The notes: a model not told the origin generated them from the letters alone. Positions 35,820-49,753 are shown, numbered from the stretch's first letter. The stretch is 64,000 nt of DNA from Octopus sinensis (GCF_006345805.1 NC_043000.1:123876001-123940000); one strand, 5' to 3'. Made by a program: numbers and translations.

Positions 35820-36105
35820 CCCTTTTCAACCCTGGCCAAGCTCATGGCCGGCTTCCCGGTTTCTGTGGCGTAGGTTTGCCACCAAACTGGACGGGACGCC
35901 AGTCCATCGCAGCGTTACTAAAGAAACAGGAAGAGAGAGTGAGAGAAAGTTGTGGCGAAAGAGTACAACAGGGGTCGCCACCACCCCTGACGACGCCTCG
36001 TGGAGCTTTTAAGTGTTTTCGCTCAATAAACACACACAACACCTGATCTGGGAATCGATACCGCGAGTCCGTTGCCCTAACCACCGGGCCATTGCGCCTC
36101 CGCAT
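35820..36105 (-). mobile_element. tRNA-derived SINE, head H1 plus tail T2
   Basis: Reverse complement of the 22661-22965 type. Confidence 0.85.
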
Positions 36106-36611
36106 CTCGCCGCCTTACAAAGTAAAAAATACTAAAAGCTTATGCCAGCTGCCAGAACATCTGTTCCACCAACCAGCGATAACATATGACTCTGAGGTAT
36201 TGGACTAAAGAGTGGCAGAACTAAATTCCATAAACATCGATATCTTTTATCTTTCATATTTTATTTGCTTCTGTCGCTAAACTGCGGCCATGCTGGGGCA
36301 CTGACTTGCAGGGGTTTAGTCGAATAGATCGACCCCAGTACTTACTTTAAAGTTTGATTCTTATTCTATCGGTTATTTATGTCGAACTACTAAGTTAGAG
36401 GAGCAAAAACAATTACAATGAACACGAAGATTAGTACATCTGCATTTTTTTCTACAGTCAATTATTCAACATATTTGGTTCAAATATGATCGACAGTTAT
36501 GATCAGGGTTTTGCATAGATAATCCTGATCATAACTGAGTGCTCGTACGCTACAGGCCTGGATAATTTATCCATACATACTCTCATCATGTGTGTGTGTG
36601 TGTGTGTGTGT

Positions 36612-36935
36612 GAAGGCGGGTGGCTTAGTGGTTAGGGGCATTTGGCTCATGATCGTAAAGTCGTGAGTTCAATTCCCGGCGGCGCATTGTGTCCTTGAGC
36701 AAGACACTTTATTTCACGTTGCTCCAGTCCACTCAGCTGACAAAAATGAGTAGTACCTGTTTTTCAAAAGGCCAGCCTTGTCACACTTTGTGTCACGCTG
36801 AATCTCCCCGAGAACTACGTTAAGGGTACACGTGTTTGTGGAGCGCTCAGCCACTTGCACGTTAATTTTACGAGCAAGCTGTTCCGTTGATCATATCAGC
36901 TGGGACCCTCGTCGTCGCAACCGACACAGTGCTCC

Positions 36936-36936
<1 letters not shown>
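36612..36936 (+). mobile_element. tRNA-derived SINE with CORE-like domain (head H2) plus tail T1
   Basis: TGGCTTAGTGG, GAGTTCAATTCC, GTGTCCTTGAGCAAGACACTT...CAGTCCACTCAGCTG..AAAATGAGTA, then the same tail as 13640-13822. Confidence 0.85.
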
Positions 36937-36974
<38 letters not shown>

Positions 36975-37200
36975 TATATATATATATATATATAGATATA
37001 TATATATACATGCATATATATATATACACATATATATATATATATAATATAATATATATATATATATATATTACACATATATATATATATACATATATAT
37101 ATATACATATATATAATATACATATATATACATAACATAATATTATACATACATATATATATATATAACATATATATAATATATATATATATTAATACAC

Positions 37201-37231
<31 letters not shown>

Positions 37232-37399
37232 CATATATATATATATACTTATATACATATACAATATATATATATACATATATAATATATACATATATCT
37301 ATATATACACATATATATATATACATATATATATATACATATATATATATACATATATATATATACTATATATTATATATATATATATAATATATATAT

Positions 37400-37431
<32 letters not shown>

Positions 37432-37720
37432 GTATATGTATTATATATATACATATATTTGTATATGTATAATATACATATATATACATACATATATTAT
37501 ACATATATATAACATATATATATATACATATAATATACATAGTACATATATATACATATATATATATATATAATATATATATATACATATATATATATAC
37601 ATATATAATATATATATATACATATATATATATACATATATCTATATACATATATATATCTATATATACACACACCACACATATATATTATATATATATA
37701 TATATATATACATATATATG
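36937..37720. repeat. About 780-bp degenerate (TA)n tract
   Basis: Directly visible. Confidence 0.95.
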
Positions 37721-40681
37721 CAATCAAGCCTTATGCATAGCACTTACGGAGACACACCTGAAACCGGACATAGCGGATGCGGAATTACACATACCACAGT
37801 ATGTTGTACAACGGACCGACAGAAAAGAAAGGAGTCATGGAGGAGTTGCTATGTACATCCGTGAGGACCTCACACCCCAGGTCCTTTTGTCATACTCAAA
37901 CTCGGTATGTGACACACTAATTGTACATGTAAGGCAACTTGGTGTAGTTGTGTGTGCTACATATCGCCCTCCAGATGCCCCAAGCCATATAGGCAAGTTT
38001 GAAGACTGCCTTATAAAAATAGAAGAAGTTCTAGTCACACTAGAACAACACATAAGTGTACTTCTCATGGGAGACTTCAATCTACCCAATGTCAGATGGC
38101 CCGAGGGCCTTTCTCTCCCAGGAATGACACGATGTGAACAAGGACAGGCGAGGTCCCTCCTGAACCTCATCAACACCCTGTACATGGAGCAAGTAATACT
38201 CCAACCAACCAGGGCAGGTAACACACTGGATCTCTGCTTCACAAATAATATGGATCTCATCCATAATGTGAAAGTGATACCGACACTACTCTCGGATCAC
38301 AACATGGTAGAGCTGACCATGTACGGGCCAAAGGAAAGCATGGACATGCAGCCTACAAGAAACTCTCAGAATCTTTCCAGCTTGAACTTCCATAAGGCAA
38401 ACTGGAAACAAATTGAGAAAGAGATCCTCAAACAAAACTGGCCCGAATGTCTATGTCTCTCCTCGCCAGACATCGACATGAAACTTCAACAATTCATGTC
38501 TGTAATGCAAGCCATATGCTACAAATGTGTCCCAGAGAGAAAGGCCACTGTACACAAGAACAAAATCCCCAGAGAGAGGAAAATTCTAATGAGACGGCGT
38601 ACAAAAATCTCAAATCGCCTAAACAAACAAATTGAAAACTGAAAAGTCCCGCCTGAAAATGAAACTGTTGGAAATTAAAAAATGTCTGCAACTCTCCCAT
38701 GAAACGGAAAGAGCAGACAAAGAAGCCTGGGCTATAGACAACATAAAATCTAACCCCAGAGCTTTCTACAAGTATGCCAAAGAAACAGCTACGGTGCACT
38801 GTAGGATAGGGCCACTCCTTGAAAGGGATGGCACACCCACAGGAAATCCAATGAGGGTAAGTGAAATACTAAATGAGCAATTCAAGAGTGTTTTCACCCC
38901 ACCCCTTGGGCATTTCCAAATCAGCAATCCAACTGACTTCTTCACCACTGCAGATATGGGGTCAGAGGCGGCGATGATTGATTACATCAATATAAAGGAA
39001 GACGATGTAATAAAGGCTATAGATGAGATGAAAACAAACTCAGCTACTGGCCCCGATGGATTCCCGGCAATCCTTCTAAAAGTATGTAAGAGAGTCCTAG
39101 CAAGACCACTGCAGTTTCTCTTTCAGAGCTTCCTCGCAACTGGCAAACTTCCAAGAAAACTGAAGGAAGGTAAAATATGCCCTATTCATAAAGGAGGTAG
39201 CAGAGCGGAGGCCAAGAACTACAGACCTATCTCTCTGACCTCACACATCAGCAAGGTCATGGAACGAATAGTCAGAAGGAAACTAATCACCTTCCTTGAA
39301 GAAAATGACTTGCTGCCTGACACCCAACATGGTTTCCGACCAGGAAGAAGCTGCTTAACTCAGCTCCTACAACACTATGACTGGGTGCTGAAAACGACTC
39401 AACCACTCAAATGTGGAAGTGATATATCTCGACTTTGCAAAGGCTTTTGATAAAGTCGATCATGGAATGATATGTCACAAACTGCGTGATCTTGGCATAG
39501 TTGGAAAATTGGAGAATGGCTTCATGACTTTCTGAAGGATAGAAGTCAGGTAGTAGTAGCCAATGGGTCCACTTCCATTAACACGCAAATAGTGAGCGGT
39601 GTTCCGCAGGGCACTGTTTTGGGACCACTACTGTTCATAATGGCCCTCTCAGACATGCCCTCAGCCACGCAGAGAGCCACGATCACAAGTTATGCAGATG
39701 ATACAAAAGTTTCACAGGCAATACAGAACCCTGAAGACACTACTGCCCTGCAATGTGAGCTGGACAAAATATACAAGTGGGCTGAAAAGAATAGCATGCA
39801 GTTCAATGCTGAAAAGTTTCAAGCTTTATGCTATCAGCATGCAAAACTGAATGCAATACCAAATGAATACACTGGACCCGGAGGGATCGCAATCCCAGAG
39901 GCTCAATCAGTGCGTGACCTGGGTATTTACATGAGCGATGACGCAACTTTTCATGTACATGTTGCTAAATTGGCAATGAAATGTAGACGGCTGGCCGGAT
40001 GGATTCTTAGAACCTTTAGAACAAGAGAACAAGAAACCATGATGGTCCTCTGGAAGACACTTGTCCTAAGCCACTTTGACTATTGCTCTCAGCTATGGTC
40101 ACCATCCAGTGTCAAGTTGATCACAGAACTTGAGGCGATCCAACGAAGCTACACGAAGAAGATAGCCTCTGTGCAGCATATAAGATAATGGGAAAGACTC
40201 AAGAGATCAAAACTCTATTCCTTGGAGCGTAGGCGAGAAAGATATGCCATAATATACATCTGGAAGGACTTGTCCCAAACTTTGGCATCGAGAGTTACAC
40301 AAATGCCAGAACTGGGCGCCACTGCGTGGTGCCAAGGACTCCAAATTTGCCATCAAGATGTAGGACAAGATACTGCGATAGCCTGGGCTTCAGAGGCCCA
40401 CAGCTCTTCAATATCCTCCCGAAGAACCTGAGGGACCTGCGTGGGGTGGATGCGGGTGTCTTTAAAGTAGGACTGGATCTCTTCCTGTCAGGTGTCCAGG
40501 ATGAACCAACTTCACGGCAGGAGGTGCAGATGAGGGCAGATGCATCAAACTCTCTCATGCACCAAATGGCAGTTGCTAAAAAGCTTTCGTGAGGTAAAAT
40601 CATGTAGCAACACCAAATGGCGGTGCCCCAGCATGGCCACAGCTCAAGAGCTGAAACTGGAAAACGACCAACAACAACATA
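37721..40681 (+). mobile_element. CR1-like LINE, 5'-truncated, nearly complete ORF2 (APE endonuclease plus RT) with few disruptions
   Basis: ALTETHL...HGGVAMYIR, YRPP, GDFNLP, PTRAGNTLDLCFTN, SDHNMV; GPDG, NYRPISLTSHISKVMER, QHGFRPGRSCLTQLL, YLDFAKAFDKVDH, SGVPQGTVLGPLLF, YADDTK. 3' UTR with short CAA-type tail. Frameshifts near 38640, 39392, 39513 and lesions near 40186-40270. Confidence 0.95.
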
Positions 40682-40682
40682 T

Positions 40683-40782
40683 NNNNNNNNNNNNNNNNNN
40701 NNNNNNNNNNNNNNNNNNNNNNNNNNNNNNNNNNNNNNNNNNNNNNNNNNNNNNNNNNNNNNNNNNNNNNNNNNNNNNNNNN
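40683..40782. other. Assembly gap (100 N)
   Basis: Run of n. Confidence 1.
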
Positions 40783-40823
40783 TATACATAATATTTATAA
40801 TAATGTATACATATATACTTCTT

Positions 40824-40886
<63 letters not shown>

Positions 40887-42401
40887 ATATATATATATAT
40901 ATATATCTTATAATATATATATATATCTTATATGTATGTATATATATATATTATATATATAATATAATATATATATATATATATAGAATTATATTATATA
41001 TATAATATATAATAATATATATAGATATAATGTATGTATGTATGTATATATATATACACACGAAAAACACACATGAACGATGAACGCGGACACGTTTCTG
41101 TTCTTTTAACGGTCTGTCTTCGAATTTTCCTGTTTTGAATATCCGAGGTTCAGAATCTGCAAAAGAAATTTAATGTTATTTAAAAAAAAAAGAAAACCTT
41201 GCTTTTATTATTGATTTTTAATCAGAAACTGATAAGGGTAGCTACTTTTTTTTCTTTTTTTTTTTTTTGTATCAACTGCTTCCCATTATGGAAATTTATA
41301 AAGTTATTTCGGATGAAAATATATTGGGTTGTCCAGCTCGGAACTATAGTAGAAGACATTTCCCCAATGTGACGTGCATTGGAACTGAACCTGAAACTAG
41401 ATGATCGCAAAGCGAGTTCCTTAACCACACAGTCATATCTGCACCTAACTGGTATGTTTTATTTTATATAAGATATTCAAAGATTAAATCTCGCTTAAAG
41501 CTTCTCTTACTTCTCTTTTTACCTCCTTCCTGTTATTCCTTGACTTCGATTCCTTTTTCTAATATTTCTACTCATTCTTTCTCTCTTGTTTTATCTCTTC
41601 CTGTTCACAATATCCCCGAGTGATAGCATTACGCTATATGAACATCATCTGACCTTATTTTATTGTTAATTCAATACGATTTAATGTCTCCAACAAAGAC
41701 GCTGTCTCATAATGTTTTCTATAAACAATTTATTCTTCATACGATTTCTAAAAGGTTACGTCTATACATTATTTCTAAAAGCAAACTAAACACATTTGTA
41801 AACTATAAATACATACAACGATAGTTTGAATTATTTCGATGCAAATCTGTTTTACTTCAATAACCTCGCCTTTCGACACAAGTGTCAAAACAGAAAGAAA
41901 TCTTTAAATCTCACTCACAAACTCGCGTGCAAATACACAAATGAACAATTTTGAAAATCATGCTGAGCTTCTTATCAAAAATGACTATTTATTGTTACTT
42001 CCTTGATTCCTACTTTCGAAATATTCGAATTGATTCCTTATCATATATGTATCAAACCTAAGTTTCCCTGTCTACATATATTCAGCTTCTCGTTAATTCT
42101 ATTTTTCCCTTCTGTCTTTATTGTCTTCACCCCACCCGCATCTAACTGTAAAATAATGAACCTATATACCAGAATAAATATCCCATTTCTCCCCCAATGT
42201 ATTAAAGTGTTCTTAAATTATTTCTTTTCGCTGTCTTCCCTGTCTGCTACGATTAAGTATATTGCTTATAATATATTCACTACAGTAAGGAAATAACGAG
42301 ATTGTTGTCACAAGTAAAAGAGAACAAAAACTCTGCCTGTCACTTTTCCTAATTGAAATTGCCAACATCAGTTATAATCATGCCACAAACCACCTATAGT
42401 T

Positions 42402-42452
<51 letters not shown>

Positions 42453-42499
42453 TGTATGTGTGTGCATGTGGTGTGCTTTTATATGTTGCGTATATATAT

Positions 42500-42532
42500 A
42501 TAGATAATATAGATAGATAGATAGATAGATCT

Positions 42533-42615
<83 letters not shown>

Positions 42616-42620
42616 TGTAG
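42500..42620. repeat. (GATA)n microsatellite
   Basis: Directly visible. Confidence 0.95.
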
Positions 42621-42633
42621 TAGGTAGGTAGGT

Positions 42634-42668
<35 letters not shown>

Positions 42669-42917
42669 TTTAACAATTAGTAAATCTTTTAATAAAGTTG
42701 AATGTGAATCACGGTGATACAGAACTAAATTCATTTTTTAAATGTCTTGGCTTTGAAAAACTGCATTGGGTATGATTAGTATAATTTTGGTAGTAATGAC
42801 TTTGTCCCTCCTAGTGTGAGGCATTTATGTGTAATAATGCCCTCTATACAATATTATATATAATATAATATATATATATATATATATATACTATATAATA
42901 TATATATTCATATATAT

Positions 42918-43290
42918 AAAGAAATGGAGAGTTTGAGCACAGCAAAATCAATTTATTTATATAACAGTCAATTTCATACGCTACGCGCGTTTCAATAGCT
43001 ACCTTCATTCATATTTTATAATTCATATTTTACAATCAAAAGTTACATTATGAATTTAGAAGGTTAACTTCTCTTCCGGGTGAAAATTGACATATTCGTT
43101 TACATCCTAATAGATGTAGTGTTCATTAGAGATTGAAAGACAGCATGTGAAATTTACAACGTAATTTTTAATTGTAAGATATCAATTGTAAAATATGAAT
43201 GAAGGAAGATATTGAAACGTGCGTAGGCATTAAGGAATTTACTATTTTGTAAATAAATTGATTTTGCTGTCTTCAAACTTTCCATTTTTT
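42918..43290. mobile_element. Foldback element, about 100-bp arms containing GAAAC-G(C/T)GC-GTA
   Basis: AAATGGAGAGTTTGAGCACAGCAAAATCAATTTATTTA...TACGCGCGTTTCAATA..CCTTCATTCATATTTT vs the reverse complement at 43185-43290. Confidence 0.75.
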
Positions 43291-43419
43291 TTAATATTAT
43301 ATTACTAAAATTCTGTTCTTATATATCGAAAACATCCATAAATTAATCGATATAGAGAGAAACCGTTTGACGCTTGGATGTAAGACATCCCTAGAAAGAG
43401 CAATTTCTTTCAATACAAA

Positions 43420-43463
<44 letters not shown>

Positions 43464-43547
43464 TATAATATAATATAATATAAATAATAAATATATGCAT
43501 ATATACATGCGCATATGTACATACTTACATCTATACGTATATATACG

Positions 43548-43623
<76 letters not shown>

Positions 43624-43715
43624 CTAGCTGAAGGGGACCCGCTCTAACGCGCGGGTAAGAGTGTGGTATATATATAAATGTATACAAATATATATATATA
43701 TATATATATCTATAA

Positions 43716-43758
<43 letters not shown>

Positions 43759-43836
43759 TATATACACTTTGTATATATACATTATATATACATATTTATA
43801 TATAGATACAGACACACACACATATATAAATTAATT

Positions 43837-44616
43837 TCATTTTGAGGCCTCTGCTAATGTCCTGTGTAAGTGGTCGTCATTGAGAAGTAGTCCGCGCCTG
43901 AAACATGCTTCCCTGTAAGTGGCGCAGATGATACCATCAACTGTGCGAAGATCAGCAAAAGACTTCGGTCCAGTAACTACATGAAGCAGCATTCTCAAAA
44001 AGAAGATTTCCTGTTTGGTAGGATGAATATTATACACACGCGCAATGACATTCTTCCTAGAAACACCGGGCCAATTGTCAAGTTCTGTTCCATGTGACCT
44101 GCGCTTCCAATTATTGTTGTTGTATGTGTAATATTCCTGTACTTCAGAGTAAACGAGAGTAGCAGCAAACTCATCAACTGAACACAATTTAAAAAACGCT
44201 GTAAGCGTAGTCCCTTTTGGATTTTCAATGACTTGACATGCATTTTTCTCTGTGAAGTAAACCAGCTGTCTCTTCTGTAAATGAACATTCAGGTGGAAAA
44301 CTGATGGTCAGCTTAGATGAATCTCGTATCGAAAAATGCGCCACGCTGCATAATTGGAGGATACATACCTACCCAAAACGAATTGTTTAATTTCGTCATG
44401 TCTAAGGTCTTCATCACTGAACACAAACACGGCCATATCATCGCCCTTATTAATGTACTTGCAGAGGTATTGTATGCATCTCACCGAACTGCAGTACTCA
44501 ACATTAATGTGTGCATTAAATGTTCTGGAAAGCAAAGGGTTGAATGGAACAATCCAGGTATTATCAACATCGAATGTTATTAACCGTTGTCTAACTCTAG
44601 CTGTGCGGCCACCCAA
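43837..44616 (-). pseudogene. Helitron RepHel coding fragment
   Basis: DNTWIVPFNPLLSRTFNAHINVEYC...YLCKYINKGDD...DEIKQFVLGRYVSSNYAAWRIF; FFLRMLLHVVTGPKSFADLRTVDG..CATYREAC..RGLL. Confidence 0.9.
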
Positions 44617-45049
44617 ACCTGTGTGGTGGTGGTGATGATGATATTTATCTGTATGAATGCAGACAGACGTGTAAAGAGAGAGAGTGCGTGAAAGCGCTGT
44701 AGAACGCCGTTTGATGAATCGACGTTATATATAGAAAGTGATGGGAAGGGAGGAAATAGAGTGAGTGAGGAAGACAGATACAGAAAAGACTGAGAGTGGA
44801 CTTGTCAAAGTGGGTTTTGGGCCCTAGCAACGACACCTTTTAAGATAGGGATTTCTAACATAGCCCACGGGCATCGTCACCTCATTTTACATGTCTCTGT
44901 AAATTTTGGAGTCAATCCGATGGGATGTAGTGGCCTTGAAAGCGATCCAAGCGGTCGAGTCAAACAAACAAACTTTTCGCATTTCAGTTTTATAAATATA
45001 CTAGCTGAAGGTGACCCGCTCTACGCGCGGGTAAGAGTGTGGTTGTTAC

Positions 45050-45361
45050 TTTCTGTTGCTTCCTTTCAGCACGTAAAAAGCACCATCCGAATGTGGCCGA
45101 TTGCAGCGCTGCCTTGACTTGCTTCTGTGCCGGTGGCACGCAAAAAGCACCAACCGATCGTTGCCGCTGCGAGCCCTCCTGGCACCTGTGCCGGCGGCAC
45201 GAAAAAAGCACCCACTACACTCACAGAGTGGTTGGCGTTAGGAAGGTCATCCACCTGTAGAAACACTGCCAGATCAGACTGGAGCCTGGTGCAGCCTCCT
45301 GGCTTCCCAGACCCCGGTCACACTGTCCAACCCGTGCTAGCACGGAAAACGGACGTTAAAC

Positions 45362-45392
<31 letters not shown>
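45050..45392 (+). mobile_element. SINE-like retroposon with (GAT)n tail inside the Helitron unit
   Basis: GTTGGCGTTAGGAAGG.CATCCA...GCTAGCACGGAAAACGGACGTTAAACGATGATGAT. Related copy at 62781-63030 (minus). Confidence 0.75.
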
Positions 45393-46173
45393 CTCCGTCT
45401 TTGTTTCTCTCTCCTTTCTCTCTCACTTTCCCACTCTCTTACTTTTCTTTTCTCTCGGACTCTCCCTCGCTTTCTCTTACTCTCTATCTTTATCTATCTC
45501 TCTCCCATTTATAAACAACAGAAGATCTTGAGTGAGTTGAGAAATAGAATATTTAGAAAGATCAATCATAAATATCAGGCAGTGGCAACGGAAAGGTCTG
45601 CTTCAAGGCAGACAGCAAAACGCTAACATTTAAAAGGGACAGACGAACTTGCGAGCTGAATAAAAATAGTAAAATATTGGAAACCAAAGTTTGAAGGGAT
45701 AGAATCTGAGGATAGTAGAGTCACCATGGCTGGCATTTCTTAACGACGGGCAGCAACGTATTGACAGTTTAACGGCTGGCGTAAAATTTTGAACTTGATG
45801 TAAAAGAAAATTCGTAAACACCAAGTTTTGAAGTGATTCTTTCTCACGACAGTAGACTCACCATGGCAAGCATTCAAAACTTCTTTATCATGGACGGCAA
45901 CACATTGACGATTAAAAGGCTGGCGCAAATTTTTTAGCTTGATGTAACAGAGAATTCCTAAACACCCGCTCCTTGAAATTTTAAACCCCTTCCAGCCCCA
46001 TTTAGACCCCTTTTCACAGTCTACTGGGGCCACATTTTATAAATGAGGAATTTTGTCCTAGAGGTGATGCCTTTCATTTGAGGAAGAAAATAGTTGTCAT
46101 GCAAACTTGCCAGCACTTTTAACATAGGTGTGCATATTTTCAGCTGAATCGACCGACTACGTAATGCACACAT

Positions 46174-46229
<56 letters not shown>

Positions 46230-47047
46230 CACGCATTATATATACAAATGTATACAAATGAGATATATATCTGTATAAATTAAATTAGAGATAAAACCAC
46301 TAATAGGCAAATCAAACAGTGAAAAACCAAAAACAAAAACATTAAAAAAAAATATAATATAGAAAATATTGAAAATATAAAACTAAAAAATTTAAATTAT
46401 TTAAATTGAAAATAAAAATTATTAAATTATATTTATAATTTGTTTAAAAATATATATAACTATGAAAAAGTATGAAAAAGTTTAATATACATAAATACAG
46501 ATATATACACTTTGTATATATACATATTTATATATAGAACACACACACACACATACATTATATATACATATTTATATATAGAACACACACACACACACAT
46601 ATAAGTGAACGCAAGAATATCTGATTTATAATATTTGTTCTCATGCTCGTGTGTTGTTGGTGACAGACAGATACTTAAAAGAACGCCGCCGAAGTGATGG
46701 GAAGGTAAGAAACAGAGTCAGTGAAAAAGAGAGGAAATAGCGAGAGTGACAGATACTTTAAATAACGGTAGTGGACTGTCAAAGTTATAAATGAAGAGGA
46801 GTGAGAGGGTATTGGAGGAAATAGCGTGAGTGAGGAAGATGGCCCCTAGCAACCACACCTTTTAAGATAGGGATTTTTAGGTAGCCCACGAGCATCGACA
46901 CCTCATTCTACATGTCCCTGTAAATTTTGGAGCGAATCGGACGGGATGTAGTGGCATTGAAAGCGATCCAAGCGGTAAAAACGCATTTCAGTTTTATATA
47001 TAGAGAAGATATATATATATATATATATATATAAGTATGTATGTATG

Positions 47048-47147
<100 letters not shown>

Positions 47148-47159
47148 GCATATGTGAGT

Positions 47160-47530
47160 ATAGGACATCGTGAAACGTATACAACAAAAAATACAAAGTA
47201 TGAGTGCATGGAATATAAACTTTTTTTTTCGAACAACAAAAGACACAAATGGAAAACAAGATAAACAACATAAAGAACGACCCTTCATCAGTTGTTGGTT
47301 GTTTTCTAGTCTTGTATTTCGAGCATTTAACAACAATATACACTTTCGATAAAACAGTTTCTCCCGCAAACCAAATTAGATAAAATTTGGGATTATGCGG
47401 AGGGTCAAAATTGGTAGCACAAACAAGACAGTGAAAACAAACATGAAGGGCTGCTAAGCCTAAACGAGGTTATCAGAGGTGACTCCAGGTCATCAGCGTC
47501 ACTCGGGCTTATCACAGATTTTCAAATTTA
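47160..47530. repeat. Dispersed repeat, related to 53870-54200
   Basis: Shared CCCTTCATCAGTTG and CCCGCAAA.CAAATTA.ATAAAATTTGGGATT..GCGGAG...GACAGTGA.AACAAA...GAGGGCTG.TAAGCC. Confidence 0.7.
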
Positions 47531-48039
47531 GCATAAGATACATGCCTGCTCGAAGAATTTCACGTTTTTCCGCTTTATTTCTTGCCCCAAATGGCTTATT
47601 TTTTAGATCTAGTACCATGTCTTTCTCCATTTCTAAGTTAAGGCTAAAAATAAAGCAACCCTATCTAGCTATCTAGAGCTTTTGAGTTGGCATCTCGAGG
47701 AAAATTCAAAGTCCCCTGATGAAGAAATTCCAGGTACATCACGAGTAAACTCAGTATATGAATCTTGCGAAGAATAACACATAATCCGAATGAAAAAGCG
47801 AAGAATAAAATCAGCACATCTGTATAATTAATTGCAACTGTTTCTGTGGCACCAATGCACGCAAATCATTTCGTGTGAAAAGTTCCGTGATATTTGCGGG
47901 GTCGATTATATCGGAATGGCACTTACATTGGCGATCTTACATTGTGCGACGGCCAAGCGTTTTGTGTTGCATGTGTGCGAAGGAAACAATAAGTGAAAAA
48001 TAAAAATGGTGAAATAACGGACAAAACCATATTGGTAAT

Positions 48040-48348
48040 AGAAGAAGAAGAAGAAGAAGAAGAAGAAGAAGAAGAAGAAGAAGAAGAAGAAGAAGAAGAA
48101 GAAGAAGAAAGAAGAAGAAGAAGAAGAAGAAGAAGAAGAAGAAGAAGAAGAAGAAGAAGAAGAAGAAGAGAAAGAAGAAGAAGAAGAAGAAGAAGAAGAA
48201 AGAAGAAGAAGAAGAAGAAGAGAAGAAGAAGAGAAGAAAGAAGAAGAAGAAGAAGAAGAAGAAGAAGAAGAAGAAGAAGAAGAAGAAGAAGAAGAAGAAG
48301 AAGAAGAAGAAGAAGAAGAAGAAGAAGAGAAGAAGAAGAAGAAGAAAT
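48040..48348. repeat. About 300-bp (GAA)n polypurine tract
   Basis: Directly visible. Confidence 0.97.
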
Positions 48349-48866
48349 AAAGTATGTTGCAGGCCGTGAGATATACATACATAATTAAAACAATAATAGT
48401 TTAACAGAAATAACTTCAGAGTAGCCAGAGGCATAAATATGAACAATAAGAACAAATAGAAGTAGATAAGCGATACAATATAAATTTTTTGATTTATTGA
48501 AATTCGAGAGAAAATTTGAGAGGAAAATTTACCTTTGGGCAATTACAGCCAATTCTGAATGAGAAGGGGACTAATATCGGGAATTGAATTCTGCGACATT
48601 AATACGCCATTAAGAAAAAGTCTGATTGTATGGAGAATAATAAAAAAAAAGACAGCTATGGACACGTGTTTCTACCTCACAATAGGTATCACACACACAC
48701 GCACACATTTATATCTATATATACATACATGTTAAGTTCTGTTTTATGTCGAGAACAATTTTATATTAAATCGAAAAATTAATATTTTTTGCAGAATATA
48801 TGTGTATCATACTTTTATAAGAACCAGGGTGACAGTGACTTCGAAGTTTCAGCCTTCGTGGACTAT

Positions 48867-48914
<48 letters not shown>

Positions 48915-49475
48915 AAACATACACATACATACATACATACATACATACAACATACATACATACATACATACATACATACATACATACATGGATACATGCA
49001 TACTTACATGACTACATACATGCATACATACATACATGCATACATACATACATACATGCATACTTACATGACTACATACATGCATACATACATACATACA
49101 TACATACATACATACATACATACATACTTTAAAGCAGAAAATTTGTATCATACAACTAGGGGCTAACCTCAGTTGGGTTGGTATCAAAAGGGTAGAAAAC
49201 CCACACATTGTGAGCATATATATTCTTATCAAAAGCAGAGCAACATGTTTTCTAATGGAATATATGACGCACTTATTTTCACAAAAATATGTCTCAGAAA
49301 ATCACCCTGGGTCCTAAATGAGAAGCTAGGGACTAAATTACATACTTTAATGCACTAAAACTTTTGTCCTAATGTGTTGCTGAAATTGGGGTTTGTCTAA
49401 TATATCCATGCATCTTGTATGCCATTAAACATGTAAAGAGCCAAGTATACAGCCCTTTATACCTGCTGTCTTGTT

Positions 49476-49513
49476 GTTGTTGTTGTTGTTGTTGTTGCTG
49501 CTGCTGCTGTTGC

Positions 49514-49562
<49 letters not shown>

Positions 49563-49753
49563 AAGCAACAAGACGGGTAAGGGTGATTAGGTGAAGTTCT
49601 AGGGCTTAGGGGCGGGAGACCCCAGACCTTGAAAAAAAACACTTTGGTCGTCTTGTTGTAGTCGAGGGCTCTTCGTTGACGCCCGACACCACTGAGAGGT
49701 GGCCCTCGAAGTCGCTGGAAATGGAGATCTCCAGGCCCAAATTCTTGAACGGC
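49476..49753 (-). mobile_element. 5'-truncated retroposed fragment with (AAC)n tail and 16-bp TSD
   Basis: TACCTGCTGTCTTGTT at 49460-49475 and 49754-49769; (GTT)n at the left end. Confidence 0.7.

Larger units (their letters stand above)
43624..47009 (-). mobile_element. Head-to-tail dimer of non-autonomous Helitrons
   Basis: 5' TC at 47009-47008 after host A. 3' hairpin ACCCGC...GCGGGT plus CTAG at both 45001-45032 and 43624-43656; host T follows. The two units share 5' and subterminal blocks. Confidence 0.85.

Noticed and set aside
47280-47722. Further CTGATGA motifs (minus at about 47285 and 53960; plus at 47716) as hammerheads
   Set aside because: No convincing helix II followed by GAAA and a cleavage triplet.
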